From: Chloroflexota bacterium
GTDB taxonomy: Bacteria; Chloroflexota; Dormibacteria; CF-121
DNA length: 64,000 nucleotides
Reading direction: 5' to 3'
Assembly: GCA_034666565.1 (NCBI GenBank)
Contig: JAXDLN010000091.1
Location: 3,968-67,967, forward strand
The notes beneath the pieces are model-generated. The model made no database searches. It saw only the letters and a program-made list of their open reading frames with translations, and was not told the DNA's origin. Positions 40,392-50,112 of the stretch are shown piece by piece. Within the stretch, counting starts at the first letter, position 1. Every line of letters starts with the position of its first letter. Position numbers and translations under genes: made by a program.

Positions 40392-41977
40392 CTGACGTTC
40401 TCCTTTAGTTGGATCGCCTCGCTAAGACTGGACCCGAGGTCCCCAAGCAGGATTGCGGCGCAGTTGCGGCCCGGAAGGCCCGAGACCGATCCGCCGGGGT
40501 GGGTGCAGGCGCCGGTTTGGTAGAGGCCCTCCACAGGCGTCCGATACGTCGACCAGCCTTCGACCGGACGGAAATGGCCACTCTGGTCCGGGGTGCTGGC
40601 CCCACCGTGGCACGATCCGTGCCAGTTGGCCGGGTTGCGGCGCTCCATATCGAGCGGGCTGTGCACATTTCGTCCGAGCACGATGCGGTCCGACAGGTTG
40701 GTCGTCAACGGCGCCAACGCCTCGAACAGCCGATCGGCCACCAGGTCTTTGACCTGGTCCCAGTGCGCCGGCCCTTCCACGAGTTCGTAAGGCAGAAAGC
40801 TGATCAGCTTGAAGGTGTGCTTGCCGGCGGGCGCTCGGGAAGGGTCGACGACGGTGGGCGTGATCGCCAGGAACACCGGATCCTCGAGGTCCAGCCGTCC
40901 GCTCCGGTAGGCCTGCAGCATTCGCTGCAGCGACCCGAGCGATTCGAGCCCGCCCATGGTAACGCTTTCCATCGCACCGCTCTCGGTGCGATACCGGGGC
41001 GCCTCACTCAACGCGTAGTGGGCGGCGAACATCGACAGGCTCGGTTTCCAACGGTCAATACCGGCGCGGAACTGGGGCGTGAGGTTCTCCTCGCCGACGA
41101 TGCCGGGCAGCTGGGCGATGTGAATGGTCGAGACCACCGCCCTGGAAGCGGCGTAGGTCGAGCCGTCGGCGGCCTCGACGCCGGTCGCACGTCCACCCTC
41201 GACCACGATCCTTGTAACCGGCTTCGATGTCAGGATGGTCCCGCCGTTTTCTTCGATAATCGCGGCGAGCGCGAGCGGCAAGCGGAGCGAGCCACCCTCG
41301 GGCAGGATCCAGGAAAAGCGCTGCCGGCCCGCGACCAGCGAAAACGCCAGCAGCCCGGTCTCGGGCTCATCCAGTGGATGCAGGGTCATGAACGCGATCC
41401 AGGCGAAGAAGGCGCGGACGTGATCATCGGCAAAGCGTTCACTGATGATGTCGAGCGCCGTCGAGCGTCGAATCTCCAGCATGCGTTGGCCGAGCTTGCT
41501 TCCCGCGGTGCGGGCGGCGATCTCCTGTGGCGGCCGCGGAGGATTCTCGCGCTCGTCGTTGATGATCGGCGCCATCGCCTGCCAGTCGTTGAGCAGCTCG
41601 CGGTATGCCTGCGCATCAGGCGGCGAGAAGCGGGCCAGCTCGGCGCAGGTGCGGTCCAGGTCGCGCCACATCGTGATGCTGCGGCCGTCGCGGAACGGCA
41701 TGGTGAAGACCGGGTCCGGGTACAGGTAGCGCAGCCCATACCGGTCGAGCTGCAACTCGTTGTTGCGCATCAGCGGGTTGCTCTGGATCAGGTTGTGCGC
41801 GGTAGAGCAGGGATCGTGGATGAAGCCGGGCAAGGTCAGCTCTTCGCAAGTGGTGTCGCCGCCGATGCGCGGCGCCCCCTCGAGGACCAGCACTTTGAAG
41901 CCCGCCTTCGCCGCGTAAGCGGCGGTCAGCAGGCTGTTATGGCCGGCGCCGGCGACCACGATGTCCCAGTCGCTCAG
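40388..41977 (-). CDS. FAD-dependent oxidoreductase, COG1233 (phytoene desaturase/PYROXD2-like); start apparently CTG 41977
   Basis: (M)SDWDIVVAGAGHNSL, GGDTT, HDPCSTAH, P.GGS..L, SPLDMER.N, GLYQTGACTHPGGSVSGLPGRN. Confidence 0.9.
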   Translation of the reverse strand: MSDWDIVVAGAGHNSLLTAAYAAKAGFKVLVLEGAPRIGGDTTCEELTLPGFIHDPCSTAHNLIQSNPLMRNNELQLDRYGLRYLYPDPVFTMPFRDGRSITMWRDLDRTCAELARFSPPDAQAYRELLNDWQAMAPIINDERENPPRPPQEIAARTAGSKLGQRMLEIRRSTALDIISERFADDHVRAFFAWIAFMTLHPLDEPETGLLAFSLVAGRQRFSWILPEGGSLRLPLALAAIIEENGGTILTSKPVTRIVVEGGRATGVEAADGSTYAASRAVVSTIHIAQLPGIVGEENLTPQFRAGIDRWKPSLSMFAAHYALSEAPRYRTESGAMESVTMGGLESLGSLQRMLQAYRSGRLDLEDPVFLAITPTVVDPSRAPAGKHTFKLISFLPYELVEGPAHWDQVKDLVADRLFEALAPLTTNLSDRIVLGRNVHSPLDMERRNPANWHGSCHGGASTPDQSGHFRPVEGWSTYRTPVEGLYQTGACTHPGGSVSGLPGRNCAAILLGDLGSSLSEAIQLKENVR

Positions 41978-42693
41978 GCGCTGGCTCCAAGGTAAAGGCG
42001 CCCGATCTCCGGATTATTGAGCACCGCCGAACCCAAGCCTTCCAGCCGGACCCGCCCGCTCTCCATCACGACGCCGTGGCTGGCGAGCCCCAGCCCGGAG
42101 CGCGCGTTCTGCTCGACCAGCAAGATGGTGCGGCCGGCCTGGTTCATGGCGCGAATGGTGTCGAAGACGATGGTGCGCGTCTTCGGATCCAGTCCCATCG
42201 ATGGCTCGTCGAGGATGACCAGCGACGGATCGAGCATCATCGCCCGCGCGAACTCGACGATCTTCTGCTGGCCACCCGACAGTGACGCGGCGGGCTCGTG
42301 GCGCCGTTCGCGCACGATTGGAAAGCTCTCGCACACCGCCTGCAGGCGTCGCTCCACGAGCGCCCGGTCATGCACGGTGTAGGCGCCCATGCGCACGTTC
42401 TCCCAGACCGTCATCGTGGGAAAAAGGCTTCGCTCCTGCGGCACCTGGACGATGCCGCGGCGCAAGATTTGTTGCGGGCTGAGCCCGGCGATCGACACAC
42501 CACGGAAACGAAGGTGCCCGAAACGCGGTCGTAGCAAGCCGCTAACGACCCGCAGCACCGTCGACTTCCCGGCGCCGTTGGGTCCGACGATGCAGGTGAT
42601 GGCGCCCTCCTCGACCGCGAGGTCGAGCTCGTGCAGGATGTCGCCGCCGCCGTAGCCGGCGGTCACCCCCTGCAGCTCGAGCAGTGGACCCAC
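41974..42693 (-). CDS. Branched-chain-type (LivF-like) ABC ATPase (start GTG 42693)
   Basis: GPNGAGKS, LSGGQQ, ILDEPSMGL, LVEQN. Confidence 0.92.
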   Translation of the reverse strand: MGPLLELQGVTAGYGGGDILHELDLAVEEGAITCIVGPNGAGKSTVLRVVSGLLRPRFGHLRFRGVSIAGLSPQQILRRGIVQVPQERSLFPTMTVWENVRMGAYTVHDRALVERRLQAVCESFPIVRERRHEPAASLSGGQQKIVEFARAMMLDPSLVILDEPSMGLDPKTRTIVFDTIRAMNQAGRTILLVEQNARSGLGLASHGVVMESGRVRLEGLGSAVLNNPEIGRLYLGASA

Positions 42694-42694
42694 C

Positions 42695-43426
42695 TCAAGT
42701 CCCCAGGTAGGCGTCGAGCACGGCCGGGTTCTCGCGCACTTCACGAGGATTCCCCTTAGCAATCGCGCGGCCCTGGTGCAACACGACGACCTCGTGGCAG
42801 AGATTCATCACAAAACCCATGTTGTGCTCGACCAGGAGGAAGGTCGTGCCCTGCCGGTTGAGCTCTCGGATACGCTCGGCGATCCGCTCCAGCAGGGCCG
42901 GGTTGACGCCGCCGGCGGGTTCATCGAGCAGCACCAGCTCCGGCCCAGCCATCATGACGGCGGCGAGTTCCAGCAGTTTGCGCTGCCCGTAGGAAAGAGC
43001 GCCGCCGAGCGTGCCCGCCACCTGGCTGATGTCCATGAACGCCAGCATCTCCATCGCCCGTTCTTTCTCGTGTCCCCACGCCCCGCGCGAGAGCAGCGCC
43101 TTTAACCCCGCGCGCCGCACCGGCACCAGCATGTTCTCGAGCGCGGTCAGCCGCGGAAAGATGCGGGCCAGCTGGAAGGTGCGTCCGATGCCCAGCGCAT
43201 AGATGCGGTCGGGGCCCATCCCGGCGATGGAGCGCGCTTTGAAATGCACCTCGCCGCCATCGGGCGCAATAAAACCCGTCACCAGGTTGAAGACGGTTGT
43301 CTTCCCCGAGCCGTTCGGACCGATCAGCCCGGTAATGGTGCCGGCCGGGACCGTGAGCGAGCAGGAATCGACCGCCACCACGCCACCGAACCGCTTGGAG
43401 AGGTCCTTGACCTCGAGCAAACTCAC
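42695..43426 (-). CDS. LivG-like ABC ATPase (start GTG 43426)
   Basis: GPNGSGKT, GIGRTFQ, LSYGQ, LLDEPAGG, LVEHNM. GTGA overlap. Confidence 0.92.
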   Translation of the reverse strand: MSLLEVKDLSKRFGGVVAVDSCSLTVPAGTITGLIGPNGSGKTTVFNLVTGFIAPDGGEVHFKARSIAGMGPDRIYALGIGRTFQLARIFPRLTALENMLVPVRRAGLKALLSRGAWGHEKERAMEMLAFMDISQVAGTLGGALSYGQRKLLELAAVMMAGPELVLLDEPAGGVNPALLERIAERIRELNRQGTTFLLVEHNMGFVMNLCHEVVVLHQGRAIAKGNPREVRENPAVLDAYLGT

Positions 43427-44481
43427 GGTGATGCCGCCTTGACGGCCTCGCGCGATCCGCGAGCGGTCGTTGTCGGTCCGGCCGCGCCCCGCCGCCAACG
43501 GTGCACGAGGTCGGCGACGGACGGCACGATGCCGCGCGGCAGCAGGAGGATCACGATCAGGAAGACCGCCGAGTAAAAGACCAGGTACAGCCGGCTCGCG
43601 CCGAATCGGTAGGCAAACTCCATCTGCGCCGGCTCGAGCAGCAGCGCGCCGATCACCGGCCCGCTCACGGTCCCGAGCCCGCCGAGGAAGGCCATCAACA
43701 CCATCGAGATCCCAATCAGAGGGTCGAAGGCGAACTGCGGATAGAGGTAGGTGACGTAGTAGCCGTAGACGGCACCGATCATGCCCACCAGCACGGCGCT
43801 GATGACGAACGCCGTCAGCTTGAAGCTGCGCGTCGGTACGCCGACGGCGAGCGCCTTGTCCTCGTCATCGCGGATGGCCAGCAAGCCAAGGCCAAACTTT
43901 GACCGGCGGATCGACCAGGAGATCACCAGCGCGAGCACCGCCAGCACCAGCATCGCGTAGTAGTAAGGGACGTTGAAGAAACCGCCGCCCCAGTCGTGCG
44001 AGTACGGCAAGGCCAGGCCGGCTCCGCCACCGGTCAGCTTGACGAGGTTCTCGCCGAGCAGCTGCAGCATGAACATGAAGGCGATCGTGACGATGACGAA
44101 GGTCGCCGCACGGGTGCGGAGCGCGACCCACCCGATCCCGACCGCGAGCACGGCCGTGAGCAGGCCGGCCACCGGCACCAGGACGAATGGGAGATATCCG
44201 GGCGCCACGTTGAGATGATTCAGCAGCAGGCCAAAGGAATAGGCGCCGAAGCCGAAGAAGGCCGCGTGACCGAGTGAGATGTAGCCGGTGTAGCCGCCCA
44301 TGATGTTCCAGGCGCTGGCCAGTCCGACGTACATGACCGTGAAGACAGCCATGCCGGTGGTCGCGGGATCGGGCGCGATCAGCGGCAGGATGAGCGCGAG
44401 GATGCCGACCAGGACCAGACCGAGCCCCTTGAGCGCCGCCAGGCGACCGGCGCGGATCGCTATGGTCGGAGTCCCGCTCAT
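43423..44481 (-). CDS. LivM-like ABC permease
   Basis: AWNIMGGYTGYISLGHAAFFG, SKFGLGLLAIRDDE, GGLGTVSGP. Confidence 0.92.
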   Translation of the reverse strand: MSGTPTIAIRAGRLAALKGLGLVLVGILALILPLIAPDPATTGMAVFTVMYVGLASAWNIMGGYTGYISLGHAAFFGFGAYSFGLLLNHLNVAPGYLPFVLVPVAGLLTAVLAVGIGWVALRTRAATFVIVTIAFMFMLQLLGENLVKLTGGGAGLALPYSHDWGGGFFNVPYYYAMLVLAVLALVISWSIRRSKFGLGLLAIRDDEDKALAVGVPTRSFKLTAFVISAVLVGMIGAVYGYYVTYLYPQFAFDPLIGISMVLMAFLGGLGTVSGPVIGALLLEPAQMEFAYRFGASRLYLVFYSAVFLIVILLLPRGIVPSVADLVHRWRRGAAGPTTTARGSREAVKAASP

Positions 44482-45353
44482 ATCCGGTCACGGACACGAA
44501 CGCCGTAGAGCCCCTGCGGACGGACGATCAGGATCGCCACCAGGATGACGAAGAAGACGAAGTTGGCCCAGACCGGCGAGATCAGGACCTGGGTGATGTC
44601 CTCGCTGACCAGCATGATAAGCGCGGCGATGACGGCGCCCCGCAGGCTGCCGAGGCCGCCCAGCACGATGATGGTCAGCAGACGCGAAATCAGGTCGTAG
44701 TGGCTGCCGGGGTTGAAGGCATTCGTGATGCCGAAGACCACCCCGCCGGCTGCGGCGGTGGCCACCCCGATGCCGAAGGCGATCGCCGCCACCCGGTCGA
44801 CGTCGACGCCGATCAATTGCGCCGCCGTGCGGTTCAGCATGGTGGCACGGATGGCACCACCGAACGACGTGCGGTAGAGCATCAGGAAGAGCGCGCCCAG
44901 GATCGTAAGGCACAGCACGAAGCCGAAGACATAGACCCAGGTGATGTGAAAGCCGAAGACCGCGAAGCTGGCGGTTTCGTACCAGGCGCGCAGCTCGACG
45001 AAGTTGGTGGTGAAGACGTAGCCGAGCACGCCCTCGATGCCCAGCGCGAGCGCGTAGGTGACGAGCACAGACAGCGCCTCGCGGTCAGTCTTGAGGGGAC
45101 GGATGAACACGAGCTGCAGTACGACTCCCAGCGCGAACATCGCGGGCATGGTCACCACCAGGCTCAGGAACGGGTCCATGTGGAGCGAGCGGAAGAGCGC
45201 GAAGCTGAGGTAGGCGCCCAGCACCACCAGCGCGCCGTGGCCGACGTTGATGATGCGCATCACGCCGAAGATCAGGGTGAGGCCGGACGCCATCAGGGCA
45301 TAGACGCCACCGGTGAGGATGCCGAGCACCGCCGCCTCGAGAACCAGCGTCAT
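44478..45353 (-). CDS. LivH-like ABC permease
   Basis: GGVYALMASGLTLIFGVMRIINVGHG, LGGLGSLRGA, RPQGL. Confidence 0.92.
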   Translation of the reverse strand: MTLVLEAAVLGILTGGVYALMASGLTLIFGVMRIINVGHGALVVLGAYLSFALFRSLHMDPFLSLVVTMPAMFALGVVLQLVFIRPLKTDREALSVLVTYALALGIEGVLGYVFTTNFVELRAWYETASFAVFGFHITWVYVFGFVLCLTILGALFLMLYRTSFGGAIRATMLNRTAAQLIGVDVDRVAAIAFGIGVATAAAGGVVFGITNAFNPGSHYDLISRLLTIIVLGGLGSLRGAVIAALIMLVSEDITQVLISPVWANFVFFVILVAILIVRPQGLYGVRVRDRI

Positions 45354-45376
45354 GCGGCGATCAAGGCGTCAAGGGA

Positions 45377-45402
45377 GGGACGGCGCTGCGTGTCACCGTC
45401 CC
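45377..45402 (-). other. Stem-loop between SBP and permease (likely mRNA-stabilising or attenuating)
   Basis: GGGACGG (45377-45383) and CCGTCCC (45396-45402). Confidence 0.45.
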
Positions 45403-45415
45403 CACGACTCTCTCG

Positions 45416-46642
45416 TTAAGGCCAGTTCGGCTTCGGGTACTCGGGCTTGGCGGCGGCCACGCTCGACGGGTAGACAAAGATCGCTTGCGCACCCTGCCAC
45501 TGCTCGAGGTAGACACCGACGCCACCGTGCGGCTTCCCCACGCTGTCGAACGACATCGGCCCCTGGATCGTCTGGTACGTGCCCGAATGCAAGGCGGTGA
45601 TCAGGGCTTTGTTGTCGATACTGTTTGCCTTCTGCGCCGCCTGATCGACCACTTGCCCCACACTGTAGGCCTCGGCGGCGTCGGCGCTGATGTCGCCGAA
45701 CGCGCCGCCATACTTGGCCACGAATTCGACGGTGAATTTTTCGTTGCCGTAGGCCTTGGCGCTCGAGGTCCAACCGGCGGGGACCATGATCCCTTCCGTA
45801 TTCTTGGCGCCGACTTTGTCGGCGAAGTCCTTACCCTGGTCTGGCCCGGTCGTCTCGATGATGGACTTTGGATTGTAGTGCTGCTGCTGGAAGACTTTGA
45901 CGAAGGCCACCGCATCCGGTTCCTGGGTGCCGAGGATCGCGACGTCCGCCTTGGAGTTGACCACCTGGAGCGCCAGCGCGTCCCATGACGTGGCCTCGGC
46001 CGGATACACCTTGTACGACGCGGTCGTGATGCCGCCGGCTTCGAGCAGGCTCTTGGCTTTGTCGATCTGCGGCTGCGTGAAGGGATCATCCTCCGTCGCA
46101 TAGGCGGCTGTCTTCGGTCGCTGGTCGCTGGGTAGCGAGAGCAGGTACTTGGTGTAGCTCACGAGGTTGTCTTCGACCGCGGCGGGCTGTACGAAAAAGA
46201 TCGAATGCAGGCCCTGGGCGAAGACCTTCGGTCCACCGCCGGCCGGCTCCGGGAACGCGTAGCCGTAGCGATCGGTGACGGTTGAGGCCGGGATGGTGAG
46301 CAGCGAACTGAACGGACCGAAGACCAGCGCCACCTTGTCCTGCGTGATCAGGGTCTGGTAGTTGGTGACGACCTGTTGTGTGCTGCTGGCGTCATCAACG
46401 TATTTCATGGTCACCTGGTGACCGAGGAGTCCACCCTTGGCATTGATGTCCTGCGCCCACAGGTCGTACCCCTGCTGAAGCGCCTTTCCGTCGCCGGAGA
46501 AGTCGCCGCTGAGCGAGAGCGACACACCGATCGTGATCGGTGCCGCCGGCGCCGGCGTGCCCCCCGCATTCGTCGATCCGGTGCCACACGCCGAAAGTAC
46601 CAGGGCGAATCCCGCCACGATCATCGACACGGGTTTGCGCAT
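45416..46642 (-). CDS. LivK/HAAT-family substrate-binding lipoprotein (start ATG 46642)
   Basis: Lipobox LSAC, ITIGVSLSLSG, INAKGGLLG, VDDAS, GPFSS. GGAAGGGAG SD. Confidence 0.92.
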   Translation of the reverse strand: MRKPVSMIVAGFALVLSACGTGSTNAGGTPAPAAPITIGVSLSLSGDFSGDGKALQQGYDLWAQDINAKGGLLGHQVTMKYVDDASSTQQVVTNYQTLITQDKVALVFGPFSSLLTIPASTVTDRYGYAFPEPAGGGPKVFAQGLHSIFFVQPAAVEDNLVSYTKYLLSLPSDQRPKTAAYATEDDPFTQPQIDKAKSLLEAGGITTASYKVYPAEATSWDALALQVVNSKADVAILGTQEPDAVAFVKVFQQQHYNPKSIIETTGPDQGKDFADKVGAKNTEGIMVPAGWTSSAKAYGNEKFTVEFVAKYGGAFGDISADAAEAYSVGQVVDQAAQKANSIDNKALITALHSGTYQTIQGPMSFDSVGKPHGGVGVYLEQWQGAQAIFVYPSSVAAAKPEYPKPNWP

Positions 46643-46716
46643 GCTCTCTCCCTTCCTGTTGGAGCCGATTGAACCAGTCGGCGGCACTGCCTTGTTCCGC
46701 TTGTTCCTTGCGTTGA

Positions 46717-46728
46717 ACAAACGATTGC
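46717..46728. promoter_or_regulatory. LacI-type operator 1
   Basis: ACAAACGATTGC between the divergent SBP and LacI-1. Confidence 0.65.
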
Positions 46729-46767
46729 CCTATGTTAGGCACGGGTGAAAGGCTTGTCAATGAGGAC

Positions 46768-47829
46768 ATGTCGATGCCGGTAACGCTCAAGGAGCTCGCC
46801 GCCCGCGCCCAGGTCCACCCCTCCACCATCTCCCGGGTAGCCAACCATGACCCCAAGCTGCGCATCGCCCCGCCGACCCGGCAGCGGATCGAGGCGTTGT
46901 TGCGCGAAACCGAGTACCGGCCCAACGGGGTCGCCCGCGGGCTCAAGCTCCGCCAGACGCTGGTGCTGGCGGTCGTCATCCCGGACGTCACCAATCCCTT
47001 CTTCGCCGCCCTCTTTCGCGGCGTAGAAGACGCCGCCTCGCCGCGTGGCTACAACGTCTTGCTCTGCAATACCGACGGCAGTCCGGCGCGCCAACGCTCG
47101 CATCTCCAGAGCCTGCACGCCCGCCGGGTCGACGGCGTCATCATGGCCAGCAGTTTTCTCAAGGATCCGACCGTGCGCTGGCTACGCCACCAGGGTATCC
47201 CCTACGTGCTGGTCAATCGCTTCAGCGACGACGGCCACGACCCGTTCGTCGGATCGGACGACCTGGTCGGGGGCCGGCTTGCCACCGAGCACCTCCTCGA
47301 GCTCGGCCATCGGCGGATTGGGCACCTGGCCGGCAAGCTGACCGTGAGCACCGGGGTGACGCGGCGGCGAGGATACCTGGCGGCGCTCGCCGCGCGGGGC
47401 CTGACGCCCGACCCCCGACTCGTGGTGGAATCGGGCTACACCGAGGATGGTGGCGCGCACGCGGCCGAGCGACTGCTCGCACTCGCCGATCGCCCAACCG
47501 CGATCTTCGCGGTCACCGACATGACGGCCGTCGGTGCCTTCGGGGTGGCACTCCGCATGGGTCTTCGCGTTCCCGAGGAGCTGGCGATCGTCGGATACAA
47601 CGACATCCCGCTGGCGACCCGGATGGTGCCGTCGCTGACGACGGTGCATGTCCCGATCCATGAATTCGGAGCAGCCGCCGCGCGCCTCTTGCTCGAGCAA
47701 ATCGATACCGGAGAACCGTCGCGGCGGCGCGTGATTTTCAACCCACAGCTGATCGTCCGAGGGTCGACCGTTACCGGCGCCGGCAGCCCGGCGAACCCCC
47801 AACTCGTGCCGGCATTTGCCACCGAATGA
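46768..47829 (+). CDS. LacI-family regulator 1
   Basis: TLKELAARAQVHPSTISRV, YRPNGVARGL, VIPDVTNPFF, GYNDIP, PSLTTV. Confidence 0.93.
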   Translation: MSMPVTLKELAARAQVHPSTISRVANHDPKLRIAPPTRQRIEALLRETEYRPNGVARGLKLRQTLVLAVVIPDVTNPFFAALFRGVEDAASPRGYNVLLCNTDGSPARQRSHLQSLHARRVDGVIMASSFLKDPTVRWLRHQGIPYVLVNRFSDDGHDPFVGSDDLVGGRLATEHLLELGHRRIGHLAGKLTVSTGVTRRRGYLAALAARGLTPDPRLVVESGYTEDGGAHAAERLLALADRPTAIFAVTDMTAVGAFGVALRMGLRVPEELAIVGYNDIPLATRMVPSLTTVHVPIHEFGAAAARLLLEQIDTGEPSRRRVIFNPQLIVRGSTVTGAGSPANPQLVPAFATE

Positions 47830-47846
47830 GGAGAGCGCCATTGTCA

Positions 47847-47858
47847 ACAAACGTTTGC
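47847..47858. promoter_or_regulatory. LacI-type operator 2
   Basis: ACAAACGTTTGC upstream of the dehydrogenase. Confidence 0.7.
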
Positions 47859-47884
47859 GCACGCCCGCGATCGGAGGCACTGCG

Positions 47885-48850
47885 ATGACGGCGGCCGCGT
47901 CTGACCGCCGCACCATCGGCTGGATCGGGACCGGGCGCATGGGATTCGCACTCGCCTCGCGCCTGCTCGAGCAGGGCTGCGACCTCTCGGTCTACAACCG
48001 CACCCGCGCCAAGAGCGAGCCACTGACGGCGCGAGGGGCACGCCTGGTCGATCGGCCGGCGGACCTGAGCGACCGCGACATCGTGCTGACCTCGGTCGCG
48101 GGGTCGAAGGATTTCGCCGAGGTGATGACGGGGCCGCATGGACTGCTGGCCAACGGCAGCCGGGTGCCCTCGATCGTGATCGATACCTCCACCGTCTCGA
48201 TGGACGCCTCCCAGGCGATCCGCGCGACGGCGGAGCGGCTGGGGTCGGCGTTGCTGGCGGCGCCGGTCAGTGGCAACCCGAAGGTTGCCCGCGCCGGCAA
48301 GCTGAGCCTGGCCGTGTCCGGACCGCGTCCGGCGTTCGAGCAGGCGCTCCCCTACCTACAGATGCTGGGCAAGAGCGTGACCTATGTCGGAGCCGGCGAG
48401 GCAGCCCGGTTGGTCAAGATCTGCCACAACCTCATCCTGGGCGTGGTCACCCAGATCCTCGCCGAGACCACGGTGCTGGCCGAGCGCGGCGGGATCGCCC
48501 GGGCCGACTACCTCGAGTTCATCAACGGCAGCGTGATGGGGTCCATCTTCAGCCGCTACAAAACACCGGCCTTCGTCAACCTCGACTTCACGCCGACCTT
48601 TACCGGCCACCTGCTCCGTAAGGACTTCGAGCTCGGCCTCGACGCCGGCCGGCAATTCAATGTGCCGCTCCCGGTGGCGGCGATCACCCACCAGATCGTG
48701 GTCAGCCTGATCGGCCAGGGCCTGGGGGATGTCGACTTCGCGGCCCTGCTGGAGCTCGAGGCTCGCGGGGCCAACCTGGCGCTGAAGCCCGAGCACCGCG
48801 ACGTGTCCGATGGCCTCGAACCGGCTGATGGTGCCGGTGGCAAGAGATAA
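47885..48850 (+). CDS. NAD(P)-dependent beta-hydroxyacid dehydrogenase (3-hydroxyisobutyrate/6PGD family)
   Basis: GWIGTGRMG, YNRT, APVSG, catalytic VKICHN, LRKDF. GGAGG-N7-ATG. Confidence 0.92.
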   Translation: MTAAASDRRTIGWIGTGRMGFALASRLLEQGCDLSVYNRTRAKSEPLTARGARLVDRPADLSDRDIVLTSVAGSKDFAEVMTGPHGLLANGSRVPSIVIDTSTVSMDASQAIRATAERLGSALLAAPVSGNPKVARAGKLSLAVSGPRPAFEQALPYLQMLGKSVTYVGAGEAARLVKICHNLILGVVTQILAETTVLAERGGIARADYLEFINGSVMGSIFSRYKTPAFVNLDFTPTFTGHLLRKDFELGLDAGRQFNVPLPVAAITHQIVVSLIGQGLGDVDFAALLELEARGANLALKPEHRDVSDGLEPADGAGGKR

Positions 48851-48935
48851 TGATCGCTTCCGAAGCGGAGCGGCGCTGCTTCCACGGTCTGCGCCAGCTT
48901 CGGCATCGCCGCCCCTCCCCCTACTGTACGGCCTT

Positions 48936-48947
48936 GCAAACGTTTGC
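48936..48947. promoter_or_regulatory. LacI-type operator 3
   Basis: Perfect palindrome GCAAACGTTTGC. Confidence 0.75.
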
Positions 48948-49009
48948 GCCAGAGCGGACGGGTTAACAAGGGGTTAACGTGTGGTCGGGCGGTGAAACCG
49001 CCCGGGCGT

Positions 49010-50086
49010 ATGCAGCCAAGGAACGGTGGGGCGGTCGGGCGCGAAGGGCCTGGGGCGCGGACGATCATGACCCTCGCGGATGTTGCACGCGCCGCGGGTG
49101 TGCACTCCTCAACCGTCTCCCGCGCCCTCGATCCCGTCTCATGTGCACAGGTAAACCTCGAGACCCGACAACGTGTTCAGGCGCTCGCGAAACGGATGGG
49201 CTACCAGAAAGACATGGTGGCCAGCGGGTTGAAACGCGGCCGAACCCACACCGTCGCCGTGGTCGCCGGCGACCTTGGGAACCCGAACCTCGCTCCGGTC
49301 CTGCGCGGCATCGCCAGCGGGCTCGAGCTGGCGGGGCTGATGACACTGATCTCGGAGACGCAATTCGACTCGGAGCGCCTCGAGCGAATCCTGAATCATC
49401 TCGTGAGCCGCCGGGTCGACGCGATCATCATGACCGCCGCGCGGCCGCGCGATGCGCCACGGCTCCGCTGGATCCGTCGTCAGGGCATTCCGCTCGTGCT
49501 GGCGATTCAGACCGTTCCCGGTATCCGCTTGCCCGCGTGCACCAATGACGACCACCTCGGGGGTGTGCTGGCCGCGCGCCATCTCCTCTCGCTCGGGCAT
49601 CGGCGGCTCGCCCAACTTCGCGGACCGATGGAGTTCAGTTCCTGCTTCCTTCGCGCTCAGGGGTTCAGCAAGACGGTCGCCGCCGCCGGCGCTGAGGAAG
49701 TCGTGGTCAAGTCGACGGCCCTGTGGGGGACCCCAGAATTGGGCGCGTCCCTCATGCGCGAGCTCCTCGACCAGAAAGGGGTTCGGCCGACCGGCATCTT
49801 CGCGCACCACGACCTGACAGCCTTCGGCGCGCTGACGGCGGCCGAGGAGCGCGGCTTGACCTGTCCTTTGGACCTGTCGATCGTCGGCTACCACAATTTG
49901 CCGCACCATGATCGCATCGCACCGCCGCTTACTTCGATCGGTCAGCCCCGCGAGGAGCTTGGTCGGACCGCGGCCGAGATCCTCATCGCGGTGCTCACCA
50001 GGCCTGGCCGGACGCCGGCGCCCCGCCTGGTACGGCCGTCGCTGGTGGTGCGGGAGTCGACCGGGCCCCCGCCCAGGGCGTATTAA
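49010..50086 (+). CDS. LacI-family regulator 2
   Basis: MQPR extension, TLADVARAAGVHSSTVSRAL, YQKDMVASGLKRGRTHT. Confidence 0.92.
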   Translation: MQPRNGGAVGREGPGARTIMTLADVARAAGVHSSTVSRALDPVSCAQVNLETRQRVQALAKRMGYQKDMVASGLKRGRTHTVAVVAGDLGNPNLAPVLRGIASGLELAGLMTLISETQFDSERLERILNHLVSRRVDAIIMTAARPRDAPRLRWIRRQGIPLVLAIQTVPGIRLPACTNDDHLGGVLAARHLLSLGHRRLAQLRGPMEFSSCFLRAQGFSKTVAAAGAEEVVVKSTALWGTPELGASLMRELLDQKGVRPTGIFAHHDLTAFGALTAAEERGLTCPLDLSIVGYHNLPHHDRIAPPLTSIGQPREELGRTAAEILIAVLTRPGRTPAPRLVRPSLVVRESTGPPPRAY

Positions 50087-50112
50087 CCGCTGGTCGGCTG
50101 CCCTCCGTCGCT

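Noticed and set aside
38135-41977. Nicotine pyridine-pathway cluster
   Set aside because: Only the hydrolase resembles it. There are no molybdenum hydroxylases, 6-hydroxynicotine oxidase or dihydroxypyridine hydroxylase.
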